This document shows positions 8,063 to 16,067 of a DNA stretch of 23,073 bases, piece by piece. The notes below the pieces were generated by a model. The model searched no databases. It saw nothing but the letters and a program-made list of their open reading frames with translations, and had not been told where the DNA came from. The DNA is from Gemmatimonadota bacterium (lineage in GTDB: Bacteria > Gemmatimonadota > Gemmatimonadetes > Gemmatimonadales > GWC2-71-9), in the NCBI GenBank assembly GCA_039591655.1, contig JBDHDE010000047.1, positions 1-23,073 of the forward strand. Reading direction: 5' to 3'. The translations under genes and the position numbers were made by a program. Every line of letters begins with the position of its first letter. Within the stretch, counting starts at the first letter, position 1.

Positions 8063-11000
8063 CGTTCAGTCGCCGGAAGTAGTCCAGGATGAGGCGCCGC
8101 ACCTCGGGCGACAGCGCTCGCAGCTCCTCCCAGGTGGGGAAGCGGTAGCGCGGCGCCGCAACGGGCGCCTCGGACGCCTCGGGCAACACCACGTTCCCAG
8201 GGTCGGCCGCTTCACTCACCCGCTCCCGCTGCTCATCCTCTTCGTCGCTCTCCAGCGTGCGGCCCGCATCCAGCAGGCGGCGGAACAGTCGCTCCTGCCG
8301 CTCCACCAGCTCGCGGTCGAGGCGCCCCTGCTCCAGCTGCCGGGCGATGTCCTCGGCCTCCTCGGCCAGCTCGTCGGCGCCGCTCACTTCGCCGCCGGCG
8401 TTGAGGCGCTCGAGCTCCTGGGCCAGCGCCCGCTGGCGCTGGGCCAGCGCCTGGAGTTCCTGCATCAGCTGCTCGCCGCCTGCAGGCATCAACGAGAGCA
8501 TGCCGCCGGCTTGCCCGTTCAGCTCGCCCTGCTGGTTGGCCAGCTCGGCCAGGCGCTCCACAGCCTCTTCCAGACCGGAGCCCGATTGCGCGTTCTCGAC
8601 CTGGCCCTGCGCCGCGAGCAACGAGTAGATGACGGCGGTGAGGGCGTCCACCGCCTCACCGGAGAGCGCTTCGGCCCCCTCGGCGTCCGGATTGGCGCGC
8701 TGGACGCGATCGAGGGCCTCGCCCATGCGCAGCTTCGCAAGTCCCAACGCTGCGCCCAGGCGGGGCGAGACCAGCGCGTTCTTGCCCGCTGCGCCCTGCA
8801 GCTGCTCGATGATGCGGTCGACGCCCTCCCGCGCCGCCGCCTGCGCCCCGCGGACATCGGCGTCCACGTCGCCGCGGTCCAGCCGTGAGGTGATCTCCTG
8901 CTGGCGCTTCGCCAGCTCCGCGGTCTCCACCATGGCGCGCTCGAGCTGCTGCATGACCTCCTGACGCCAGGTGTCGCGCAGCTCGTCGCGCCGCTCCTCC
9001 AGCAACGAGGCGAGGGGATCCAGCGCTTCGCTCGCCTCCTCTCCCGAGCGGCGCGCCTGGTCGGGCCGTCCCCGACGCCCCTGATCGGCCGCCTGCTGCA
9101 TTCGCTGCCCCGCCACCTGGGCGCGCCGGGGGGCTTCCGCCAGCCCGGCGCCCTGCATCATGGAATCCAGCGTGAGGTCCAGCCGCTCGAGTTGGCTAGC
9201 CAGCGAGTCGGTCCGCTGGGCGAGTGCCTCCTCGGCGTCGGCCTGCGCGCTGTCCACTCCCTCCTGTGCCAGCTCGTTCCACTCCCGCTGCTCGGCGGCC
9301 AGCTCCTCCGCGTCCCTGGAGAGCGAGGTCAGCTCTCCCTCGATGGCCGCGCGCTGGAACAGCTCCCGGCTGCGAGCGAGCTCGTCGCGCAGCAGCTGTG
9401 CCTCGCGGGCCAGCTCCCGGAGCGCCGTCCGCGCGCCCTCGGCATCGAGTCGCGCCAACGCCGCCCGCAGCTCCTCCAGCCGCGCCGCTAGCTCCGGGCT
9501 GAGGGAGCGCTCCAGCAGGCTCTGGATCTCCCGCAGCTGGCGCTGGAACTCGGGGTCGGTGAGCCCCGCCGACCACGCCGCGTCCGCCAGCTCGCTCATC
9601 TCCTGCCCCAGGTCCCGGGCTCGCTGCAACACCTGCTGCTCCCGATCCAGGAGCTCCCGGGCCCGCTCCGCCGCGCCGAACGGCAACTGGTCCGGCGCCC
9701 GGGAGTCGGGCGGGTGCTGTGGGTCCCCCTGCGCCCCGCGCTCCCGCTCTGCGGCCAGGTCCTCGATCTCCCGGGTCAGCTCACCCTGGGCCCGGGCCAG
9801 CGAGTCCGCGCCCACGGTCACCGACCGGGCTCGATCGCGCATGGCCTGCCTCAGCTCGGCCAGGGCCGGCAGGCGCAAGCGGTAGACCGGGCTCTCGCCC
9901 ACCTGCGGGTTGGGCCGGCTGTCGTGGGCTCTCACCTGGAAGTAGGCGGTATCCCCCGGGAGGAAGCCGCGCCCGTTGAGATCAAGCAGCCAATGGAGCA
10001 CCGCACGGTCCGCCCCACCCTCGGGGAGCGGCACGGGCTCGGTGAGGGCCGCGCCCTCGACCCCGAAGCGGCTCACCCGCCAGCTCACCAGCTCCACGCT
10101 GGTCAGGCGGTGATCGTCCCGGGCGTCGATCAGCAGGGGCTGCCTGAGAGACAGCGGCGCGGTAGTATCGCGCCCCGGGATAGGCACCGCGACAACCGGT
10201 GGGGCATCGGGCAGCGCCACGACCTTGAGCGCGGCAGGCTCCTGGTCCATGAGCCCTCCGCCCCGGGGGATCACCTCGAGACGCCACTCCCCCGTGCGCC
10301 GCACCTGCAGCGCGCCCCGGAAGCTGGCCCCGTCGACGGGGAGCCGTACCACTGCACCGGGCCCGCGCCACGCGGCCCCGGCCAACTCCACCGTGGCCCT
10401 CCCCCGGGTGATGATCGCCGTGCCCATGGGCAGCCGCACCGAGTCCTCCCCGGGGGCAACCGGCTCGTCGGCCCGCTCCAGGTAGCCGGGATAGCGAGCC
10501 ACGAGGAGGAGGTCGGCCAGCAGAGCGGGAAGCGCCACCCGCACGTGCACCGTCTCCGAGCTGCGCCCACCACTCTCCGCCCGCAGGTAGCGATCGCTGT
10601 CCAGCGGGCCGACGGTGGTGGCGGCGCGACCGGCGGTGTCGAGGGCCAGCGCCAGCTGACGCCAGGGCTCGCCGGGGGCACGCACCCACAGCGCCGCGCG
10701 CCGCCGGCCCGGTGCGCGGACCGCAACAGCGACGTGCTCCCCGCGCCGCACTGCCGTCCGGTCGACGGTTAGGACCACCGGCTCTCGGACCTGCGCCAGG
10801 ATCGCCAGCGGCTGCCAGAACGCCGCCCCGCGCCCCGTGCCGGGACCCGACCCCGCGAACAGCAGCGCGGCCGCCCCAAACAGCGTCGCGCCGGCTCGCA
10901 CCGATCGGCGGGCCTCGTGGCGCACCGGATGGAGGGCGTGCCCGCCCCGTTCCTCCAGCCACCGCTTCATACGGGTGTCGGCAAGGGAGGCCAGCGATGC

Positions 11001-11333
11001 TCCTCCGTCGCGCTGCTCCCACGCCGCCACGCCGGCGATGGCTCCGCGCCGCTGCCCCCCTGTCCGCTCGAGCCTGGCAGCCAGCAGCGAGAGCCCCAGG
11101 CCGCGGGCGCGCCGCTGCCACCAGGTGAGGCCCCAGCCCGCGGCACCCACGGCAGCGATCCATGCCAGCAGCACCGTCGGCGGCAGGCGCTGATACAGCC
11201 CCAGCCGTCCCAGGAGCACGCCGCTGGCCAGGGCGAGCAGCACCATCCCGCCGGTGAGCAGGAGCCCTGCCCCGGCAGTGCGCCACAGGAGCTCGCGGCG
11301 GCGTCCCTCCAGCCAGCGCTTGGTCTCGGTCAT
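8049..11333 (-). CDS. Large membrane-anchored protein with Ig-like and long coiled-coil regions (DUF4175-like)
   Basis: Start placed at ATG 11333 (MTETKRWLE; ATGA overlap with the DUF4159-like stop), giving 1094 aa. About three N-terminal TM segments, a beta-rich middle (DAPPVVAV, DARDDHRL, YFQVRAHD), a Gln/Glu coiled coil and a C-terminal ILDYFRRL. Confidence 0.8.
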   Translation of the reverse strand: MTETKRWLEGRRRELLWRTAGAGLLLTGGMVLLALASGVLLGRLGLYQRLPPTVLLAWIAAVGAAGWGLTWWQRRARGLGLSLLAARLERTGGQRRGAIAGVAAWEQRDGGASLASLADTRMKRWLEERGGHALHPVRHEARRSVRAGATLFGAAALLFAGSGPGTGRGAAFWQPLAILAQVREPVVLTVDRTAVRRGEHVAVAVRAPGRRRAALWVRAPGEPWRQLALALDTAGRAATTVGPLDSDRYLRAESGGRSSETVHVRVALPALLADLLLVARYPGYLERADEPVAPGEDSVRLPMGTAIITRGRATVELAGAAWRGPGAVVRLPVDGASFRGALQVRRTGEWRLEVIPRGGGLMDQEPAALKVVALPDAPPVVAVPIPGRDTTAPLSLRQPLLIDARDDHRLTSVELVSWRVSRFGVEGAALTEPVPLPEGGADRAVLHWLLDLNGRGFLPGDTAYFQVRAHDSRPNPQVGESPVYRLRLPALAELRQAMRDRARSVTVGADSLARAQGELTREIEDLAAERERGAQGDPQHPPDSRAPDQLPFGAAERARELLDREQQVLQRARDLGQEMSELADAAWSAGLTDPEFQRQLREIQSLLERSLSPELAARLEELRAALARLDAEGARTALRELAREAQLLRDELARSRELFQRAAIEGELTSLSRDAEELAAEQREWNELAQEGVDSAQADAEEALAQRTDSLASQLERLDLTLDSMMQGAGLAEAPRRAQVAGQRMQQAADQGRRGRPDQARRSGEEASEALDPLASLLEERRDELRDTWRQEVMQQLERAMVETAELAKRQQEITSRLDRGDVDADVRGAQAAAREGVDRIIEQLQGAAGKNALVSPRLGAALGLAKLRMGEALDRVQRANPDAEGAEALSGEAVDALTAVIYSLLAAQGQVENAQSGSGLEEAVERLAELANQQGELNGQAGGMLSLMPAGGEQLMQELQALAQRQRALAQELERLNAGGEVSGADELAEEAEDIARQLEQGRLDRELVERQERLFRRLLDAGRTLESDEEDEQRERVSEAADPGNVVLPEASEAPVAAPRYRFPTWEELRALSPEVRRLILDYFRRLNDARP

Positions 11334-11995
11334 GGACTCGCGGTCACCGCGTACACGAACAGGTTGACGCCCATGCGGAGGGCGGCCTCGCGCAGCCCTC
11401 CGGGATCGCGGTGGACCTCGGGGTCCTCCCACCCGTCCCCCAGGTCCGACTGAAAGGAGTAGAACAGGGCAAGCCGATCGCCGATGAAGATGCCGAAGCC
11501 CCGCGCCGGCAGGCCGTCGTGCTCGTGGATCTTGGGGAGGCCCTGCGGCAGCTCGTACACGATGCGGTACACCGGGTGATCGAGGGGGACTTCCGCCAGC
11601 GGCCGGTCCGGGAAGACCCGGGCTACCTCCCGCCGAAACGACTCGTCCATGCCGTAGTTGTCGTCGGCATGGAGGAACCCGCCGTTCTCGAGATAGCGCC
11701 TGAGGATGCGGACTTCCTCGTCCGAGAACCGCACGTTGCCGTGCCCCGTCATGTACAGGTACGGCACCTCCCAGACCTCGGGATCGCCGAGGCGCACGAC
11801 GCGCTCGCGCTCGGCGACGGTCAGCGCCGTGCGCTGGTTGATCGCCGCCAGGAGATTGGGGAGGCTCGAGGGGTTGGCGTACCAGTCGCCGCCGCCGTCG
11901 TAGTGCAGCCGTCCCAGCGTCAGCTGCTCGGGCGGTGGGGCGGCCCCGAGCAGGATGGCGCATGAGGCCGCAACCGAGATGCCGAGCCGGCTCAC
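11330..11995 (-). CDS. DUF4159 domain-containing exported protein
   Basis: 221 aa; signal peptide; motifs RLHYDGGGDWY, PYLYMTGHG, YLENGGFLHADD, DLGDGWE and ALRMGVNLFVYA. Confidence 0.88.
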   Translation of the reverse strand: MSRLGISVAASCAILLGAAPPPEQLTLGRLHYDGGGDWYANPSSLPNLLAAINQRTALTVAERERVVRLGDPEVWEVPYLYMTGHGNVRFSDEEVRILRRYLENGGFLHADDNYGMDESFRREVARVFPDRPLAEVPLDHPVYRIVYELPQGLPKIHEHDGLPARGFGIFIGDRLALFYSFQSDLGDGWEDPEVHRDPGGLREAALRMGVNLFVYAVTASP

Positions 11996-12822
11996 AGTCC
12001 CGTCACGATGCGATAGGCGTCTCTCCGAGACATCGCGAACTCCGCAGCCAGCCGTTGCGCAGCATCACGCCGCGTCATGCCCTCATCGAGCAGGGCGCGT
12101 GCCCTCTCACCTACGGCGTGCTCGTCGACCTCGGGTCGCGCGGGCTCGCGTCCGGTCACCAGGATGGTGACCTCACCCCGGGGCGGATTCTCCTCGTAGT
12201 AACCCGCCAGAAAAGCGAGGGTCCCGCTCTGCAGCTCTTCGTGGCGCTTGGTGAGCTCGCGTGCTACCGCAGCGGCGCGCTCGGTGCCGCACGTATCCGC
12301 CAGCCCTTGGAGCAGCGCCACCAACCGGGTGGGGGACTCGAAGATCACGCTGGTCCACGGCGACGCCGCCGCGTGCTCCAGCAGGCGCCGCCGCTCGGCG
12401 CCCTTGCGCGGCAGGAAGCCGAGAAACGTGTAGCGGTTGGCCGGGACACCCGCGATGCTCAGCGCCGCCGCCACCGCGGATGGGCCGGGCACGGCCACCA
12501 CCTGGGCCCCGGCGGCACGTGCCTGCTCCACCAACTCGGGCCCGGGGTCACTGATGGCCGGGGTGCCGGCATCGGACAGGAGCGCCACATCGTCGCCCCG
12601 TTCCAGCACCTCGATGAGCTTGTGCACTCGGCTCGGCGGGGAGTGGGCGTGGTAGCTCAGCACCTTGGGTCGGGCGTCGACGTGCTGCAACAGCACCCGG
12701 GCCCGTCGCGTATCCTCCGCCGCGACCGTGCCCACCGCGCGCAGCACGCCCTTCGCGCGGTCGGAGAGGTCTCCCAGGTTGCCGAGTGGGGTGGCGACGA
12801 CGTAGAGGGTCCCGGCGCTCAC
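11992..12822 (-). CDS. rsmI: 16S rRNA (cytidine(1402)-2'-O)-methyltransferase
   Basis: GTLYVVATPLGNLGD, AAEDTR, SDAGTPAISDPG, FLGFLP, FESPTR, ARELTK and RGEVT. Start is GTG 12822 in a GTGA overlap. Confidence 0.96.
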   Translation of the reverse strand: MSAGTLYVVATPLGNLGDLSDRAKGVLRAVGTVAAEDTRRARVLLQHVDARPKVLSYHAHSPPSRVHKLIEVLERGDDVALLSDAGTPAISDPGPELVEQARAAGAQVVAVPGPSAVAAALSIAGVPANRYTFLGFLPRKGAERRRLLEHAAASPWTSVIFESPTRLVALLQGLADTCGTERAAAVARELTKRHEELQSGTLAFLAGYYEENPPRGEVTILVTGREPARPEVDEHAVGERARALLDEGMTRRDAAQRLAAEFAMSRRDAYRIVTGL

Positions 12823-13835
12823 CAGGTCACGGTCCAAGGCAGGCGGTCGTAGAAACCCGCCTTCTGCAGCACGAAGCGATGGTCGCGGGTGGCCTGCTGC
12901 AGCACCAGGGTCGCAATCTCCGGCTTGACCGTCTCCAGCTCCTCCAGGAACATCAGCGCCCAATCGGAGAGGGCGCGCATCAGGTCCTCGGGGGTGGCCA
13001 CGAGATCGGGTGGCTCGCTCTCGAGCGGCGTCCCGATGGCGGACAGCGACGTGTGCACGTTGGACTGGAGCTCGCGCACGCGATTCACCCGCTTCATCCC
13101 CTCACCCCGGGCTTTGCTCTCGGCCACGTTGGCGATGCTCCAGAAGATCTCGCGGTAGGTGCGCAGCAGCGCGGGCGAGGCCTGCTCGGGCAGCTTGTCG
13201 GCCGCCGGGTAGGCCGAGGCGGCGATCTGGGGCGGGTTGCCGTCCTCCCCCGGCCGGAACAGCTGCTGAACGTACTGCTGCACGGTCTGGTTGTTCAGGT
13301 CATCGTGGAAATGACCGCTTCGATAGACGCCGCCCTCGAAGCGCATGTAGTTGACCCGCCCGTTCGAGATCAGCTCGAGCACGCCGGTGAACTCCTCATG
13401 CATGAGGGCCGGGAGGAACTGGGCGGGCTGCCCGGCATCGACGGGACGGGGCTTGGGCGGCGACACGCAACCGCTGTACATCCACGCCAACTGCTCCAGC
13501 GGGGCGCCGCAGTAGATCAGCTCGCCGCGCTCACCCTCCTCCCGGATGTGCTTGAGCGCGGACGGGATGGGTCGCACCGTGCGCCCCTCCTCCGTGTACG
13601 AGATCACCGTCGCCAGCTCGCCCTCCCGCAGTAGGAGCAGCGTGACCTCGTCGGGCAGGTACACCGCCACATAGCCGTCCACCTGGCCGTCCCGGTCGGC
13701 CTTGGCGAAGTGCAGCAGATTGTCCAGGTGGATCCAGGCCAGCCGCGTGCGATCCAGAAACACGCGGTTCCTGGGAAAGCTCAACTCGGACAGCCGTACC
13801 GGCGTGTCAGCCAGTAGCGCGGTGCTGAGACGCAT
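12819..13835 (-). CDS. Hypothetical cytoplasmic protein, possibly with two DUF4388/PatA-N-like repeats
   Basis: 338-aa ORF with normal coding composition. It has two similar segments, DGYVAVYLPDEVTLLLLREGE and TGVLELISNGRVNYMRFEGG. Confidence 0.75.
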   Translation of the reverse strand: MRLSTALLADTPVRLSELSFPRNRVFLDRTRLAWIHLDNLLHFAKADRDGQVDGYVAVYLPDEVTLLLLREGELATVISYTEEGRTVRPIPSALKHIREEGERGELIYCGAPLEQLAWMYSGCVSPPKPRPVDAGQPAQFLPALMHEEFTGVLELISNGRVNYMRFEGGVYRSGHFHDDLNNQTVQQYVQQLFRPGEDGNPPQIAASAYPAADKLPEQASPALLRTYREIFWSIANVAESKARGEGMKRVNRVRELQSNVHTSLSAIGTPLESEPPDLVATPEDLMRALSDWALMFLEELETVKPEIATLVLQQATRDHRFVLQKAGFYDRLPWTVTW

Positions 13836-13862
13836 AGTCGGATATGGGTCGTGTCATTGAAC

Positions 13863-13903
13863 AAACTAAGAAGGCGGCGCGGGACTCGCAGCCCCGCACC
13901 GCC
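13863..13903 (-). terminator. Intrinsic terminator downstream of trxA
   Basis: Minus strand GGCGGTGCGGGGCT-GCG-AGTCCCGCGCCGCC (14 pairs including 2 G-U), followed by TTCTTAGTTT. Confidence 0.65.
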
Positions 13904-13951
13904 CAGGAAGTCACCGTTCGGTGGTGGCGGCGGGATGGCGAAACGGCCGGC

Positions 13952-14284
13952 CTATCCCAGGTGCTGCTCCACCTTCTCCACAAGATAGGCCTTCGGAACC
14001 GCTCCCACCACCGTATCCACATGCTCCCCGTTCTTGAAGAACAGGATACTGGGAATGGAGCGTACGTTGTAGCGCATGGCGGTCATCTGGCTGCTGTCGA
14101 CATCCAGCTTCGCGACCTTGAGCCGCCCCTCGTACTCTTGCGCCAACTGCTCGACCACCGGTGCCACTATCTGACAGGGCCCGCACCACACCGCCCAGAA
14201 GTCGACCATCGCCAGGCCCTCGTGCCCTTCGATTTCCTGCGCAAAGTCCGTGTCCGAGACGGCCACGGGATTGGTTACTGCCAT
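13952..14284 (-). CDS. trxA: Thioredoxin
   Basis: VDFWAVWCGPC active site, SIPS cis-Pro loop, 110 aa, SD GGGAG upstream. Confidence 0.97.
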   Translation of the reverse strand: MAVTNPVAVSDTDFAQEIEGHEGLAMVDFWAVWCGPCQIVAPVVEQLAQEYEGRLKVAKLDVDSSQMTAMRYNVRSIPSILFFKNGEHVDTVVGAVPKAYLVEKVEQHLG

Positions 14285-14285
14285 G

Positions 14286-14314
14286 TTGGACTCCCGATCA
14301 TTCTATGTATGTTA
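14286..14314. promoter_or_regulatory. Overlapping divergent promoter region for trxA and mce
   Basis: AT-rich island. The plus strand has TTGGAC-16-TATGTT (14286-14313). The minus strand has -10-like TAACAT (14314-14309) and TAGAAT (14305-14300). Confidence 0.4.
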
Positions 14315-14367
14315 GGCGCGTCGTCCGGCCAGGGGCCGCCCCGCGCCACTCACTCCACGGAGGTTCC

Positions 14368-14766
14368 GTGATCGAACCCGAGGCTCGCGTAGCCCACATC
14401 GGCGTCGCGGTCGCCGACCTCGAACAGGCCGCGGCCTTCTACCGCGACGTCCTGGGTTCCGAGCCGTCCCCACCCCAAACAGCAGATGGGGCCAGAATTG
14501 TTTCCGTCCGGTTGGGAGATGTCGAAGTGGAGCTCCTCACGCCCGAGTCTCCCGACAGTCCCATCGCCCGCTTCCTGGCCAAACGAGGCCCCGGCATTCA
14601 CCACGTCTGCTACCGCGTGCCGGACCTCGAGCAGGCCCTCGAGCGCTGCCGCGCCCACGGCTACCGGCTGGTAGACGAGCGCCCCCGCAAAGGCGCCGGC
14701 GGACACCGGATCGCCTTCGTCCATCCCAAGGCGACCGCAGGCATCCTGCTCGAGCTGACCGAGTAG
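14368..14766 (+). CDS. mce: Methylmalonyl-CoA epimerase (VOC superfamily)
   Basis: GTG after GGAGG; HIGVAV, VELL, FLAKRGPGIHHVCYRV and FVHPKATAGILLEL; 132 aa. Confidence 0.88.
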   Translation: MIEPEARVAHIGVAVADLEQAAAFYRDVLGSEPSPPQTADGARIVSVRLGDVEVELLTPESPDSPIARFLAKRGPGIHHVCYRVPDLEQALERCRAHGYRLVDERPRKGAGGHRIAFVHPKATAGILLELTE

Positions 14767-14782
14767 GCGCAGCCCGAAGCGG

Positions 14783-15265
14783 CTAGGCGCCCTGGCCCGT
14801 CCCGCCGGCCGGGCAAGGTCGGGCAGGATTGCCCGCTGCTGCCAGGTCGATATTCGAGACGAGCCAGCCCTGCCCCCAACGGGTCAGCGTGAACGGCACC
14901 ACCGGAGTGCAACCCATACGCGTGAGCCGCACCCGCACTATGCGCTGATCTTCCTCGGGGCCGGGCTCGGAGCCCGGCGGCAGGATCTCGTATTCCTCGT
15001 GCTCCAGGTAGATGCGCATGACCGTGAGCCGCTGCTCCAGCTCGTTCGGCTCGATGTAGCCCCTGGCCGGACCACGCCGTCCGCCGAACAGGTCGCGCAT
15101 CGCGGCCATGCTGTTGGCGTTCACGGCGTTCATGAATGTCCGCACGGAGGACTCGGGATCCGAGGGCGGAGGCAGGCTGCCGCCGCTGGAGCACCCGTAG
15201 ACGGTGAGCCCCACGGCCAACAGCGCTATACTTCTACCGAGTCGCAACACCCGCATGATCTGCAT
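14783..15265 (-). CDS. Lipoprotein of unknown function (possibly NTF2-like)
   Basis: Basic N-terminus, hydrophobic stretch and lipobox-like VYG-C, followed by the PESSVRTFMNAV helix. An alternative start is ATG 15256. Confidence 0.78.
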   Translation of the reverse strand: MQIMRVLRLGRSIALLAVGLTVYGCSSGGSLPPPSDPESSVRTFMNAVNANSMAAMRDLFGGRRGPARGYIEPNELEQRLTVMRIYLEHEEYEILPPGSEPGPEEDQRIVRVRLTRMGCTPVVPFTLTRWGQGWLVSNIDLAAAGNPARPCPAGGTGQGA

Positions 15266-15274
15266 CGCGGTCGA

Positions 15275-15303
15275 ACCATAAACGCTTGTAAAACGTGGGG
15301 CAA
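15275..15303 (-). promoter_or_regulatory. Sigma70-type promoter for the lipoprotein gene
   Basis: Minus strand TTGCCC-17 nt-TATGGT, ending 9 nt before ATG 15265. Confidence 0.5.
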
Positions 15304-15309
15304 GCGCCC

Positions 15310-16035
15310 ATGCGCCTGTATGTGAACGTCGATCATGTGGCCACCGTCAGACAGGCACGCCGCACGGACGAACCCGATCCCGTGGAGGCGGCGGAGGCGT
15401 GCGAGCGTGCCGGCGCTGACGGGATCACAGCTCACCTACGCGAGGACCGCCGGCACATCAACGACGATGACGTGCACCGACTGGCAGAGCGCGTGACCAC
15501 CGTACTCAACCTGGAGCTGGCGACGGCCGATGACATCGTCGCGTTGGCTACCGCGCTGCGCCCGCATCAGGCGACGCTCGTGCCCGAGCGCCGGGAAGAG
15601 ATCACCACCGAGGGCGGCCTCGCACTGGGAGCGCCGGGCCGGCCCACCGAGCAGCGCCTGGTCGACGCGATCGAGCGACTCACGGCGGCCAGCATCAGGG
15701 TCAGCCTCTTCATCGCCCCCGATCTTGCCACCATCGACCGGTCCGCCGAGCTGGGCGTGCCCGCCATCGAGCTGCACACCGGCGAATACGCCAACTCCTA
15801 TCGGGAATCCGATGCGGCCCTGCGGCGCCTGGAGGCCGCCGCCCGACACGCCCGTGAGATCGGGCTCGCGGTGCACGCGGGCCACGGGCTCACCTACCGC
15901 AACGTGACGCCGGTCGCAGCGATCGCCGACATCGAAGAGCTCAATATCGGGCACAGCATCGTGAGCCACAGCATCATGGTCGGAATGGAGTCTGCGGTGC
16001 GCGAGATGCGCAGCCTGATCGATCGGGCGCGTTGA
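15310..16035 (+). CDS. pdxJ: Pyridoxine 5'-phosphate synthase
   Basis: MRLYVNVDHVATVRQAR, GITAHLREDRRHI, TLVPERREEITTEGG, IELHTG, HAGHGL and ELNIGHSI. Confidence 0.97.
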   Translation: MRLYVNVDHVATVRQARRTDEPDPVEAAEACERAGADGITAHLREDRRHINDDDVHRLAERVTTVLNLELATADDIVALATALRPHQATLVPERREEITTEGGLALGAPGRPTEQRLVDAIERLTAASIRVSLFIAPDLATIDRSAELGVPAIELHTGEYANSYRESDAALRRLEAAARHAREIGLAVHAGHGLTYRNVTPVAAIADIEELNIGHSIVSHSIMVGMESAVREMRSLIDRAR

Positions 16036-16060
16036 CCAACCCTCGGGCCACCAATAGTTT
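16032..16060 (+). promoter_or_regulatory. Sigma70-type promoter for an apparently leaderless transcript
   Basis: TTGACC (16032-37), 17-nt spacer, TAGTTT (16055-60), then 7 nt to ATG 16068. There is no SD. Confidence 0.65.
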
Positions 16061-16067
16061 AGCGACA

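Noticed and set aside
11334..11963. 210-aa N-terminal extension of the 1304-aa ORF
   Set aside because: It overlaps the DUF4159-like gene in another frame. The ATGA-coupled ATG at 11333 is the better start.
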